Origin: Chlorokybus atmophyticus
Lineage: Eukaryota > Plantae > Mesostigma and Chlorokybus algae
Direction: 5' to 3'
DNA length: 64,000 nucleotides
NCBI GenBank assembly: GCA_009103225.1
Contig: RHPI01000733.1
Span: 102,523 to 166,522, forward strand
Both the position numbers and the translations under genes were made by a program. Below are positions 49,715 through 63,877 of this stretch, in pieces; positions within the stretch are counted from its first letter, which is position 1; every line of letters begins with the position of its first letter. The notes beneath the pieces were generated by a model. It did not search any database. It had not been told where the DNA came from and was given only the letters and a program-made list of their open reading frames with translations.

Positions 49715-52441
49715 ACCCCCTTCAGCTGGTGTTCACGACCCGAGAATGCCAGCTGACCTCCTCACGCGCCTTCATCCACACGCACCATCGCATCCGTCCA
49801 CCCCCTCGCTTCGAGCCTCCTCAACCTCTCTCACGCGTAACGGAAAGAATGCCTTCTCACCATCACCATGCTCCCATCCCGGTCTGAAAAAGCCCTGCTC
49901 CAACCAGTTGTCCACTCCTCCTCCCACTGGATACAAGAACTCCTGCCCCAATAGCACATCATAGCTCCCCCCCTCGGTGATAAGGCAATGAACACCAAGA
50001 GTGGTTCGCCCTCCACCATGTGCAGTCAATTGGATCTGCACGGGCTCTAATGTCACCGCAAACACGGCCTCCATCCCTCCTCCAGCAGTCTTGAGATGCC
50101 ACGGACATGGCCCCCAATCCTTCGGCTGCAATCCCATGCGCGCCGCCGCTCTCGCTCCAAGTATCACTGGCTCCGCACATGTATCCACGAGCACGCGCTC
50201 CGGTGTGTACCCGTTCAGCTGCACATGACCATGCTTGTTGTCCACCGTTGCCACCGTCGCCATAACATCAAGCCTCTCCGCCGGTCTCGACAACGCCGCC
50301 GACAAGTCCGACTTGGAGTCCAGCTGCACCGGCTCTTCCATCACCTCCGTGTGCATGCCGTTTGCTAACTCCACGATAGGCACATCCACCTCCAGCTCCT
50401 GCTCATTATCCGTGACTTCATGAAGCTTCTTTCCTGCATAGATGACTGCCCTAAACTCCTCCTCACTCGTCACATCTGCCTCGCAATCCAAAGTGACTTG
50501 CGTAGCTGCGTCAGCTGTCGCGGGCTTCAACATCGGCCCCAACACGCACTCCAAACGCTCCAAAGTACATCCGACATCCTTCAGTGTCAACATGGGCTGA
50601 TGGAGAAGGGTTCCCGCCAGCTCATGGACTGCACTTGCATCCGCACGCGCCGCCGTTGGCACCTTCATGACGCGCGCACATGCCGGGCTGACTTGCGCAC
50701 TTGCCGTCTCTAACAAACATGCCAAACCCTTCATGGACTGCATCTTGCCCTCATCCACATCGTTCTTCACTTCAATACACATACCATCATGCTGCTCCAC
50801 ACTCATGACCCTCCTCACCAAAGGCATTGACAACGCCGACGTCGCTGACACCTCCATGGCTGGCGCAGGCGCATAGCCTCCCGCCGTCGCCGTCAACGGT
50901 GCCGATACCGCGCGTGATCGCGCATTAGCTGGTGCAAACAGTTCTTCATGACCCCCAGCAGCTTTACAAACCTCCGAGGTTGCGACGCGGACCCCCTTGC
51001 CTCGCATGTAGAGCGATACCGCCGCCCTAGGTGCTGGTGCAGCGCGCGCAGTCCCCGTAGCTGCCGTAGCCGTCATCGGGCTGCACCACGCCGCGCTATA
51101 CGCCAAGTACGCGTACGCACCTCCATCATCATCATCCTTCTCCTGTCGGACACCCTTTTGCTTGCGTTCCGGCTGCGTGCGCAGCCCCGCTAGCGCCGCC
51201 TTCAACTCGGCCACTTCGGCAACGAGCGCGGACACCTCGCTTGCACGCGCCAGCTCCGCATGGCTTTGTGAGCTTCCCGCCTGAGCTGAATGTGCTTGCT
51301 TGGTCACCGTCTTGCCGCTCAGCACCTCCGCGCGCAAGTGCGGATGCTTGCTCCAACACGCATTGTCATCATGGCCCATCTTCCCACAATATGAACACAC
51401 GAGGCCTTGCCTCTTCGGACAATACTTTGCGATGTGTCCGACCTCTCCACACCTCCAACACACTCCCGTTTGCTGCTCCTCATGCCGTGCATCCATAGGA
51501 ACACCGTTTGCAGCCATCACACTCCTCACCGGAGCTGACTTAATGACTGTAGCTTGCCCTCCATCGCGCCGACCAGTATCGGTGCGCTTGGTAGCTCCCG
51601 ACAGCTGCGTCGCCATGCCCTCTGCCATCGAACCAATGCTCTTCTCATACTCTTGCTGCCATTGAGCATTCTCGGCTGCAACGAAGACATCACGAAGCGT
51701 GTAGCTTGCGCCTTGATGCGCTCCTCGCAACACGGTCTGCACCGCCTCCCGCAAGCCATCCTCCAATGCACGCAAGTACAACACCGCGGCCATCTTGTTA
51801 GACACAACCTCATGCTCCGTGTCCTCCAACAACTTCACCATCCTCGTGTACATCATGCGTGGGGTCTCACCATCCTTGCGCTTGAAATACATCAGCTCCA
51901 TCATCTTTGCCGGCGTCGATTGTGGATACGTCGACGTCAACACCATCATGAACTCCTTCATGGGCTGCACCTTCGCCCACTCCTTCTCAAACTCAGCTCC
52001 ATGTTCAGCTCTACACACCTCTTCTCGTGCCTCCAACTTCCTCTTGAACTCCCTCCACGTGCCCAAAGCTTCATCCTCCAAGAATTCGGGCATCATCTTA
52101 AATGCTTTGTGCTCATTCCATGACCTATCACGTGCCGACCAGCTGATCATGCGACACTCAAACCTATCCTTGAAGTCTTGTAGCTCCAATGTGTTGGGCC
52201 GACCGCTGAAACGCGTGCGCGCACCCTCCATCTCCGTCTTCAACAAGGTGTCCATTAGATCTGGCTCCTCCTCTTCAACCTCTTCAACCTCCTCGTGGTC
52301 TTCCTTGTCACCGGCTGGCTCGTCCTCGTAGTCTCCTTCACTCGGGGAAGTAGGCACCTCCTTCTCGGGCAACTCTTCTCTCTCCTTCAAGGGGACTTCA
52401 AGCTCCTTCAGACCAGCTCCTGACCTTGTTTCCACGGGCAT
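49715..52441 (-). mobile_element. Non-autonomous Gypsy-related element: single 889-aa Gag-protease ORF (49772-52441) with no RT/RH/INT
   Basis: RFSGRPNTLELQDF; knuckles CWRCGEVGHIAKYC and CSYCGKMGHDDNAC; protease VLVDTCAEPVILG...YDVLLGQEF. The stop is followed within ~55 bp by a PPT-like AAGGGGG and TGTAATAC (49715, minus strand). Confidence 0.88.
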
Positions 52442-53784
52442 TCCACGTCCACCACAACCACAAACACCCGCACACCTTTATGCCAATGAGTTGAGCGCAA
52501 GTAACAAGCGCGTGTCTTAGCCAACCTAGACTCAAGCACGGGCTTCTATACTTGCAATTGGCATGTGATGCACGGGGAGATGAGGCTAAGTCCGTTCGCA
52601 AGGTGTGGCACACGCTCATACACTTCACACAAGCATATCCAAGCACGTGCACACTCAAGGCAAGCACACAAGCAAGGCAACGACCAACCAAGTCTTGAAG
52701 CCTCTCCAAGTAGCTGTATGCTCCCAATAGAACAAGGGACTTGCGCTCAACTAGCTGCAACACAAGTCAAGAACACTTACATACCCTCCTACCATGCCTC
52801 CACAACCGTTTTAACCACTTTAGCTGCCACAACTACCATACAACTCCCAAATCAGTCATAACCAGCGATTTTCAGTCACATGTGAGTCCTACCAGCGTAA
52901 TTGAGTTACACCTCGATGTAATGACCGTAACTCAGCTCTATCTCATGAAATATGACCTCAAAAGCCCTCATAATCGATGCGTTGCGCCACCGACACGCAC
53001 GCGCATGACACCAGCTACCAAACGGTGATTGCATGAGGTAGAGCACTCCAAGCAACTCTGCAAATCAGACGTTGAGCAGATTGAACTTCCTGCGGTCGCT
53101 CGCTTGGAGGCACTTACCTTGTTAGTTCCCCTTGCATGCAACCTATTGTATATACCCCCTGTAGCCTCTACCACCTGCTGTGCCCCGTAGCTCTGCAGAT
53201 GTTGCGGGACAGATCAATGACTGTGACGCCGCTTCAACTCCTCAAGCTTGTCAATTGCCTACCCCAATTGAAATGGGTGTGACACAGCAAGCCTTTGTGC
53301 CGACGCGTCTGATTGCTCTGCGCGCCTTAGATCCTGGCAGGAGGTCTGAGCAAGGTGTGCAAGGTGTCGCAGAGCACAACACATCCTCGACAAGACGCGA
53401 CAGCAACTCGGCGGCGCATAGTTTAACCAAATACTATGCGCATCAACCGCGGTCAACAAGCTGGAGTGGTGTGAACAATTACATGAGTGTGGTTGCGATG
53501 CAATTGTGCATGTAGCTGCTGCTCAACGACATCCTTGAAGCAGAGACAGTGAATGGGGAATGGTCGGTTACATTCACCATCGGTGGGCGCCACCAGCATG
53601 CACCGCGGTTAGTTGATAGAGCACGAGTCCCGCATCCCAGTTTACTAACCGCATTGCGCCACTGTGTTGGCTCTGCTCCTGCCAGAGCATGCGCAGTGTA
53701 TAAATTACGTGCACTCAGCATACAGCGGCTATGCGGCTTGCAAGCTAAGTTGTTGCTTGTGTAGTTCTGCTTGTGTTTGTCGCC

Positions 53785-56700
53785 ATGGCAGGCCTCAGCA
53801 AGCAGGCGCTGCTGGTGCTGCTGGTCTGTTCTGTAGCTGTCCTTGGCGTCGTGCATGCCGCCGACGGTGACGCTGGCCATGGCCATGGCAAGATTCAACA
53901 AGTTGCAGGCATTCCCTCTGAGCTAATTTCCACAGGCGACGCAGCAACCGCCACAGTTGATGACGGCGGCAAGGCCTCAAAGGTAAAGCCTCCTTGCTTG
54001 CTGAACGTGTAAACAAGAATGTGACTGTGAGCTGCTTGCTTTGCAATTGCCTGCCTCGGCTGCCTTGCTCTGTAAGCAGCTCTGTGTAAGCTGTGCATGC
54101 GCTCGTTTTGTGTTTGCTTTTGCTTGCAAGAGATGTGCCCGCTTATTCTAGCTCATGCATTACCATGCTGCAGCAACTGTCGTTGCTGAGGATGTGGTCC
54201 GTTTGGTAGTGATGTGTTGCTTCATATGCGGCGCCAGTGTTGCTGAGCCTTGTGGTGTGCCTGCCTTGCAGCCATCTGTGGTCGGCACCAAGAACAACAG
54301 CCACATGACCGCAGATGAAGGAAGGCACCTCATCACCCCCACCACTTCCCACACGTTCACGGCCCTGTCTGCCACTCCCACACCGAGCTCGGTAAGTGGC
54401 ACACATGCACATACACACCACATGCAACCGCAACACATGAAAGCACACGACAACAGCAGCAACAACAACAACTGACTGCTCGTATTCACATGCTGTGCAG
54501 GACACATTCGACTTGAACTTGTTCACCAATGCCATTAAAAAGGTCCAAACTAATCTGAGGCCTCATCTTATGGTGACGCCAGACATTCTCAAGCAGGTTC
54601 GGGACAACGTGAAGGCCAACATGACAGGTCTCTCGCCGCAATTCTACAAGGGAGCCACCAGAGATGTCAATAGCATCATGAAACCAGACAGCCCCTCACC
54701 ATCTAAATCACGCGATTATCTCGATCGCGTCACACTTGTGGCGGGAATGGCCCTCATTGATCAATTCTCCAACCGCACTGATTTTGCAAAGAAGGATCTA
54801 CTGGCCATAGCCAACATGAAGCCCGACAAGTGGAATACCGATGGACGCGTTGATCCAGGTTGGTAATTGATGACGATGACTAGTACTACTTGGTCACACA
54901 TTGATGAGTACTTACTGGTAATGTGTACGTGGCAGGTTACTTGGATGTGTCTCAGTATCTGATGGCAGCCTCTATTGGTTATGACTGGCTGCACGACAAC
55001 CTGAACCACACTGAGCGCGACACCGTGTGGAACGCTACTATGAACAACGGTTTCTTGCCTGCGCTGGCCATCATCAACACTACCACTGGTCAGACCAATC
55101 CTCACCACTCTCACAGAAGTGGACACCAACATTAGAGTCAACAGCATTGCCGGCTTCATCGCCGCCATCGCCTTCGCTGACCACAGCGGGGATGCCGCCA
55201 TACTCTGCGGACAAGTATGAATGTTAGATAGTTGGCAAGAACGACCCAACATGCGTGCCCAAACTCAATACAAACACACTTGTGTGGGAGTGCAGGTTCT
55301 GAACCTAGCGTTGCCGATGTTGCCGAGATCTTTGTCATTGTACTTCCCGAGTGGAGGCAACTTTGAAGGCCCAACCTACTTGTCATTTACTGGGTTGAGC
55401 ATCTTGTACATGCTTAGCTCCATGAAGACAGGGTTGAGCACAGACTTTAACCTCACCACCACGCAGACGTACATGCAAGACCTGTGCCACTTCCGCTTCC
55501 ACCTCATGGGTACAAACAACACCCACTTCAACTTTGCGGATTCTGTCGATGAGGGACTCTCCTCACATCTGTGTGCTATTATATGGCAAAGCGATGGGAC
55601 AAACCTTACCTCGCTGCGTGGGAGAGTACTTACAGCAAAACAGGGAACGTACAGCGCATGATGTGGGCAACTCCAACAGCATTCACAGGCAAGATGAGAT
55701 GTTCGATGCATGTGTGTGCGTGTGCTACCTCTACCGTGCACTGTGTGAGTACTCATGGCACCACAAGTTGCTTATTTTGCCATGCCATGTCATGCGCAGG
55801 GGTTGTCCCTGTGGACCTGCCACCCACCGACAGGCGTTTCCAGGGTGAACAGATCAATGTGGCGTGTTTCAGGACAGACTAGCAGGACCCCAACGCAGCT
55901 TGGACTTGCATGAAGAGTGGATCCACACCATCTGCTGGCGGGGGCCATCACGTAAGCAGTTGTTGTTGTTGTTGTCTCCACTGATCATGATCAAATGCCA
56001 ACCAGTCCTTCATCAGTCTGATAGTTCGAACTGTACTTTGTGCATGCAGCACCTGGACCTTGGCACGTTTGTCTATGAGGTGATGGGTCAGCGCTTCCTG
56101 ATTGACATGGGCAGCGACGATTACAACATACCCGGCTACTTCAACAAAGACCGCTTCAAGTTTTATCGCACGCGCACAGAGTCATACAACACGCTGTGCA
56201 TGAGCAACACCACGCAGATACCACTCAATTTCACCAGCCAGGTGAGACTGAGAGAAACACATGTACACATGGTCATTCTTGTGACAAGTGTGACAAGACA
56301 ATCAACTGCATACATACTCACCTGGCTCTCACCACTCTTTGCAGCCCCTGAATGTGACCACCACCATGGAACCAATCTACTCCACGCCAAACCGCTCGCA
56401 TGTTGTGATGGACTTGACCAACGCTTACCCGCTGACAAAGCAAGTGCTTCGCGGCATCACATTGTTGAAGGACGCAAACTTTAGCACGCCCAGACTGTTG
56501 GTTCAAGATGAGGTGAGTGATGATGCAGTACAATGTGACAACATGTCCCCCTCACACTTGACAATCCTTGCAGGTGACTTCCATCAATGACACCACGTTG
56601 CTTGACATTGTCTCAATGTTCCACACGCAAGCCGCCATCGACATCTCCGATGATAAAACGATTGCTCGATTGACTAAGAAAAAACCTGATGTGACGCTTG

Positions 56701-58658
56701 TTGCCAAGATACTCTCTTCCAGCGATGCTGTGTTTGAGACTGCAACAACAGACCCCACCCCACTTGGCCTGAGCAAAAACCCACCTGAAACCAACAACAC
56801 CAAGCTCAACATCTCCAAGCTGATAGTGCGGCCACCTGCGCCAGTCACCTCCACAAAGATTGTTGTGTTGTTCTATGTGGAGGATGCAAACCAATCGCAA
56901 GCAGATACATCAACAACAATCAAGAAAGCTGCAGCTGCAGTTGGTGCGGCGCCACCCACAATTCAGATCAACAACCTGACAGATTGGTTGATTGAGACAT
57001 GCGATGGCTTCGACAATGACCATGATGGTGAGAGGACTTGGTGATGATGATGACACATTACTGCCTGATTTCATGCTACTTTGCCAATGTGTAATGTGTG
57101 TGTGTACACTCACTGACTGTTGCAATTGCTAGGCTTAATTGACAATATTCCTGGCACAAGCGACAAATTGATTCAGCAATGCCAGCCTGGATGCATTGTT
57201 GGTGTCCAAAAGTGCATCAACAGTGTGTTTGAGGCGTGCAGAGCAGCGGCGAAAGAGGAAGTGTGCAACAACATTGATGATGACTGTGTTGGCAACATTA
57301 ACAACCCAACAAGCAATGGCACTCCACAGCTGGATTGTGGCTCTGGCTCTGTTTGCTACCAGGTACTTGGGTTGCACAGCCACTGTGATATGATACTACT
57401 GATACATATGTGTACTAGTCACACCATCTGTCATGTGCTTAAAGTCAATGTGGCCATTGCAGGGTGCTTGTGCACAAGTTGCACCCACACAGCTTGAGAC
57501 GTTCATATCGTTCCAGTCCACATGGAGTTTCACATAGATCATCACCGACAACCAAGTTGACCCCTCTGGATGGAAGCTTCCAAGGTGCGTCGCATGTGTG
57601 TGTGTACATTTGTTGCACACATGTAACTTACACGCACCTCATATACGTTTTTGTCCGCAGCTTTGATGTCACAAAGTGGCCAAGTGGGATAGCCCCATTA
57701 TGCACCGCACCCACGGCGTTTCCATACACATGTACACCGTTTCAACCGGCTCGGATGGCCGACAAAAGCCTCACACTGACAGCCTACTTTGTCAAAGACT
57801 TTAATGTGGATGATGCTTCCGCATACACCTCCTTGAACTTGTCCCTGCTCGTGCAGGTCTACCTTCATTGCATCAATGTGTGCGCAACCTTTGTGAACCA
57901 TGAAACTCTAAGCTCACCCTGTATCTCGCCCCCTTGCAGTCTGGTGCTGTGGTGTACCTCAATGGAGTGGAGCTTGTGAGATACAACATGCCACTCGACA
58001 ACCCTGTCACGTTCACGACAATGGCGCGAATCAACAACCCCACAATCAATACTCCCAACATCACCATGGTGAATGCAACCTTCCCTTCCATTGCGCTCCA
58101 GGTACAGTTGACGCACAAGATGATGCGTGTGAGGCATGAGGCAGCAGCATAGCTCATGTTGAATAACAGCACATTCATTCTGTGATGCAGAGTGGCGTCA
58201 ATAGGCTCGCTGTGGAGGTGCACAAGGAGTCACAGTTCAAGAATATGGGTTTGGAAGCCAGCCTGAAGGGGTGGAAAGTAATTATGACTGCCACGTGCTC
58301 GGACCCGCAGAAGCATTGCATAAATACAACCGCACCACTGAGTTTGTTCAAGACAGGTGCTGTGTGGAAGTACAGCAATGACTCCAAGGCACCTGCTGGC
58401 TCATGGTGGATGCCTGATTATGACGACAGCGCATGGGGTGGGAGCACAAAGGACAACATTCAGATAGGTTCGCCGCTGGGCCAAATGCCGGGCATGTTTG
58501 CAAAGGTGCCTAACAAAGTGTGGACTACTATCAACAACCACCCGAAGACTGTCTACTTCCGCAAGACGTTCGACATGACCAAGACAGAATGCTACCACAC
58601 ACTCACCATCTACACGCTTTGAAGACGGCGCGGTAAGTGCATGACACACACACACACA

Positions 58659-58709
<51 letters not shown>

Positions 58710-59106
58710 ACACTTCGGCTTGCATGCTGCGCTTGCACCACACATAACTAACTGTAAACTTGTATGCCCCATCCAGATTATCTACATCAACGGGCTGGAA
58801 GCACTGCGGATCAACATGCCTTCTGGACGTGTGAACTACAACATTCCTGCGACAGCCAAACGTGACACAACTATCTACACATCACACGATGTTGCTGGCA
58901 ATCTCCTTGGCAAAGACGGGCCACAAACAATTGCAGTGGAGGTGCATCAGTTTGACCAAAACCCACCCTACAATGAGTTTGACATGGAATTCTTCGCATC
59001 TGCCAATGCTACATGCCTGTACAAGGACCCACCAAAGGACAAGATCTTGCAGCTGTTGTCTAATGCTGAGGGAGTCAAGGCAGCAGCTCGCAGTGCAAGC
59101 GTTTGA
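53785..59106 (+). pseudogene. Secreted heparinase II/III-like polysaccharide lyase plus MopE-like Cys motifs and two bacterial-type beta-sandwich domains; multi-exon, disabled
   Basis: Signal peptide MAGLSKQALLVLLVCSVAVLGVVHA; YLDVSQYLMAASIGYDWL; GGNFEGPTY; HFNFADS; HLDLGTFVYEVMGQRFLIDMGSDDYNIPGYF; ETCDGFDNDHDG and EEVCNNIDDDC; two YF(V/R)KxF...(V/I)Y(L/I)NG.E..R.NMP...AVEVH repeats. TAG at 55880 and 57535; frameshifts near 55570 and 58617. Confidence 0.78.
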
Positions 59107-60701
59107 AAACTGTGACCATTTTAGAACAATGACCTTGACATAAATGCTGGTGTGCTGGTAGCTACTGTGTATGAGATGCTACGCAGACACTGGCCAGGTA
59201 GTTTGCCATACTGGGCATGCAGTCAGACCGTATGTGTGCAATAATGGATGAAGCATGCTTCTGGGAGCAGTGTTTGCAATTCTGTGGGATGAGAACACCA
59301 CGACGTCTGGCATACATAGACATGCACCCTACTAAGCCAAACGTATCCAGAATTACCGTTGAGGTCTTGTACCACAGTTTGGCAATGTTGTCGTTTGTGT
59401 CATTGTTGTTACAATGGTGGTAGTTGAGATGGTTGTGATGTTACTGCTGCTGCTGCTGCTATAACTTCACGACTGCAAATCAACAACAGCCTGAGCAGCC
59501 ATGGCATCAACCGCAGCAGTAGCTACAGCCGCTTTGTCCTGTGTCAGAGCAGTTTGCATGCTTGCACAGAATGATGTGGGTTGAGCAACCAGCGTTGCTC
59601 GTGTACGCACATGCACAATCAATCTCGTTGTTGTTCAGGTGACTCATCTATTCTCGGAGGCGATGTCAACCCATAACCGTGCAGGGCAATTTTGCTGGAC
59701 CAGTTGCAAACGAAGTTCATTGCATTCAAGCAGGTACATGCTTGCTTCATGGCTTTGGTTGTGCACTTGCTGATCCGCTACCTATCCACTACCTGAGCAG
59801 TTTGGCAGGCACATGACAACTGATATTAGCCAACAACATGTACATACTTATGTGTCATGTTGCAGTTCCAGATTCAACTGGCCTTGCAACTTGCGGTGAG
59901 TTGGAGGCAAACCCGCAGAGTTTAAATGCCAAGCAACGTATGCTTTCAACTGCATGACTCTACAATTGCAACCAGCAAAGTCTTCCACATGTAGACATAA
60001 GAAGCAATTGCGAATTGTAGAGTAAGCTTTGTGTTTGCACGTGCTCTCATTTGTAGCAGTGCATGCGTACATAATGGTGCTAATTGTGCATTTCAGGTCA
60101 CAGGCTGGACAGCAATGTGTGCAGACGGTTGGACCCGTTGATGACAACTTTCCTTCTGAACAGGCGGCCATGCAAGAGGTACACGCGTGCGTGTGTGTTC
60201 CATGACTGATTACGTGGCTCATGTGTGCTTTCGGGATGTTACTGACTTTGTATACAAGGTCCCCCAGCGTCACTGAAGGATGGCAGACTCCAGCAGATGC
60301 AGTCGTGATTGCAGCAAGAAGGCATAAAGCTGGTGCCATCCTAGCCATGTCAGCATGACTCTACACCACCCAAGTCAATGGCTCGGGTAACGCGCATGCA
60401 CACGCACCCATGCAGCCACGCACGCGTGCACGCGCAGAAGCTTATGCATCACGATGGCTGGAAGTAATGTGATGGGGGTTCGTGGAGGAAGCCTGACGCT
60501 GCTGCTCCGCGGGACTGGGGGGCGCTACAACGAGGGGCAAATGCTGAACAGCAGGTGAGCAGAGGGGCAAGGGAAGGGGGAGGGGGAGGATGTGTGTGTG
60601 AACGTGCAAGCGCGCACACGGGCATGTGCATGCAAGCATGCATGTGCTTTTAAATACGCACGCATGCACAAACAAACATGCACACTCTTTCTTACAATCG
60701 G

Positions 60702-62095
60702 CTCATGGACTGCACTGGACACTGCGGCCTATAGCCAGTTGCTGTAGGCTGGCTCATAGGCTGCACTGTTGTAATGCCGGTTAATGTGGAATAGGCTAAG
60801 AAGGGCTTATGAAGCATTAATAAGCAATACACAACCTCTCATGGTAGCGACTATTGCTACCATGGCTTGGTCGGCTAAGCCCCGCGTTACATTGGTAATC
60901 GGAGCTCTAAAGGTCGCGGGATCAAATCCCACCGGGCGCAAGATGCGCGCGAGTGGGTAGATTTTCGGCGATCGTCGGAAACGATCCAAGGCAGTTAGTG
61001 TGATTGGTTAACAGTAACCTGTGAGAAGAAGCTGACTGAGTCGGCGCGCAGGGTCGCTCCTGCGCGCGGCAACGTGGCAAGTCGCCGCGGAAAACTACGC
61101 AGCATGACCGGTAATGGCTGGTCATGACCGGACGCGAGCAAGTCCTGCCGGTCATGAAGGGCCAAGATGTGTAGGTAAAATCGCGGTTAAAGCCGGGTTG
61201 AATGTAATGTTGGTTAATGTGGAATAGGCTAAAAAGGGCTTATGAAGCATTAATAAGCAATACACAACCTCTCATGGTAGCGACTTTTGCTACCATGGCT
61301 TGGTCGGCTAAGCCCCGCTAACAATTGTCCAGTGTAGCCTATGAGCCAGTTGCTGTAGACTTGCTCATAGACCGCACTGGACAGTTTGGTCTACGAGGAA
61401 GTTCTGCATGTAAACTATGCATGTGAACCGGGTGTGCTGCCTCCCCTCCCCCCCCGCGCTTCCTCCTTCATGTGCACACGCATACAAGCACGCACGTATG
61501 CGCATATGGACGTGCCGCGTGCACGGTGCACATGCATGCTCTCACTCGCACGCACACGTGCAGGTATGCAAACTGCTCCCCAAGCTGGCAATGAGGCCGC
61601 CGCTGAAAATCGAGAAGTTTGTAGTGGGCACGGCTCTGCTAGGCAAGCACTACGTCGCCCCAGCTGGCTGTGCTCTCCGCAATCTTCACGGTGCGCTGAG
61701 TGTGCGTGCGTGCGTGCGTGCGACATTGCTCATGTATAAGTGTGCACGCACTTATTTACAATTGGGCTCATACACCGCACTGTCCACACAGGCATGCGCA
61801 TGCATGGCTCCTTGTCACGCACGAACACACATACACACACTTGTTGGGTTATAGCCCGCACTATGCATTGCAGCCTATAAGGCTGGCTAATTGGGTTGTA
61901 GACCGCACTGACCAGTGCGGCCTATGAGGCAGGTGCTATGGGCTAGCTCATAGACCGCACTGACCAGTGCAGCCTATGAGGCAGTTCGGCGTGACACTAT
62001 GCATGTGAACAGGTGTGTGGCCCCCTACCCCTTCTTCCTCCTCAAAGAGATATGCACACGCACGCACATACAAGCATGCACGCACATGCATGCGC
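60702..62095. repeat. Array of ~34-bp palindromic units (CTCATAGRCYGCACTGnCCAGTGCRGCCTATGAG) in two triplets, each followed by a homologous tail
   Basis: Units at 60702-60734, 60753-60769+61329-61345 (split), 61364-61397, 61849-61881, 61896-61928 and 61947-61980; partial at 61767. Linkers 14-18 bp. Tails 61398-61505 and 61981-62095 align by eye. Confidence 0.8.
60770..61323 (+). mobile_element. TRIM-like miniature LTR retroelement (554 bp)
   Basis: Direct repeats 60770-60891 and 61203-61323 (TG...CA; about six differences). PBS-like TGGTAATCGGAGC at 60893-60905. TSD ACTGT/ATTGT (60765-60769, 61324-61328). No coding capacity. PPT is weak. Confidence 0.82.
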
Positions 62096-62692
62096 TTACG
62101 TGCACGCAGGTACGTGGACTGCATGAGTGTGTGTGTGCGCATGCACATAACTGTGCATGCGCACACACACACTCATTGTAGTGAGCGTGTCCGTGTGTTG
62201 CTGGGTTAGTGACTCTCACATGTTGCATATGTTGCTGTGCATGCGCATGAGTGTGCATGTGCATGTTACGCCTGTTCCGTGTGTTCCGCATGTGCGTGCG
62301 CATATTGTGTTCTTAGTATGCCATATGCGGTATTGTATGTATACATGGGAGAAAGACTATACACACACACAGGCGCTGGCTTGAAGCAGGTCGCCGCGAC
62401 CACCAACGTGCCACAGGCGGCCTACGCATTTGCAGAGCTGCTGCGGCTGGCACATTGTTGCCAGCAGCTGAGCACTGCTGGCGACTACAAGGACCAGGTG
62501 CTAAGAATGACAGAGAGGGGATGCTGGCGATACCCTCGCCACTCTACTTCCAGGTAGGCCTGCTCAGCTTGGACGGGTTGGATGCGAGGATGGCATTGAC
62601 CAACCCCCACACGCTTGCGCAAGCGTGCGCACGTGGACATGCATAGACAAACGCTTGCGCCACCACACACACGCATGCACGCTCTTTGCCTT

Positions 62693-63877
<1,185 letters not shown>

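Noticed and set aside
25803-59106. Alternative nuclear code (TAA/TAG = Gln, as in some ulvophytes) to explain in-frame stops
   Set aside because: The long QS, cathepsin, RT-INT (1057 aa) and Gag-PR (889 aa) frames contain no internal TAR despite many Gln codons. The stops co-occur with frameshifts and TGA, and one TAG replaces an expected Trp.
59848-60348. Signal-peptide-like start with a Cys-rich fragment (minus strand)
   Set aside because: No consistent exon structure or family assignment; too weak to list.
60702-61980. CRISPR array
   Set aside because: Eukaryotic context, repeated rather than unique linkers, and no cas genes.
61564-62552. Two exon-like pieces (VCKLLPKLAMRPP..., GAGLKQVAATTN...)
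   Set aside because: Splice-like borders but no recognisable product; may be decayed gene or TE sequence.
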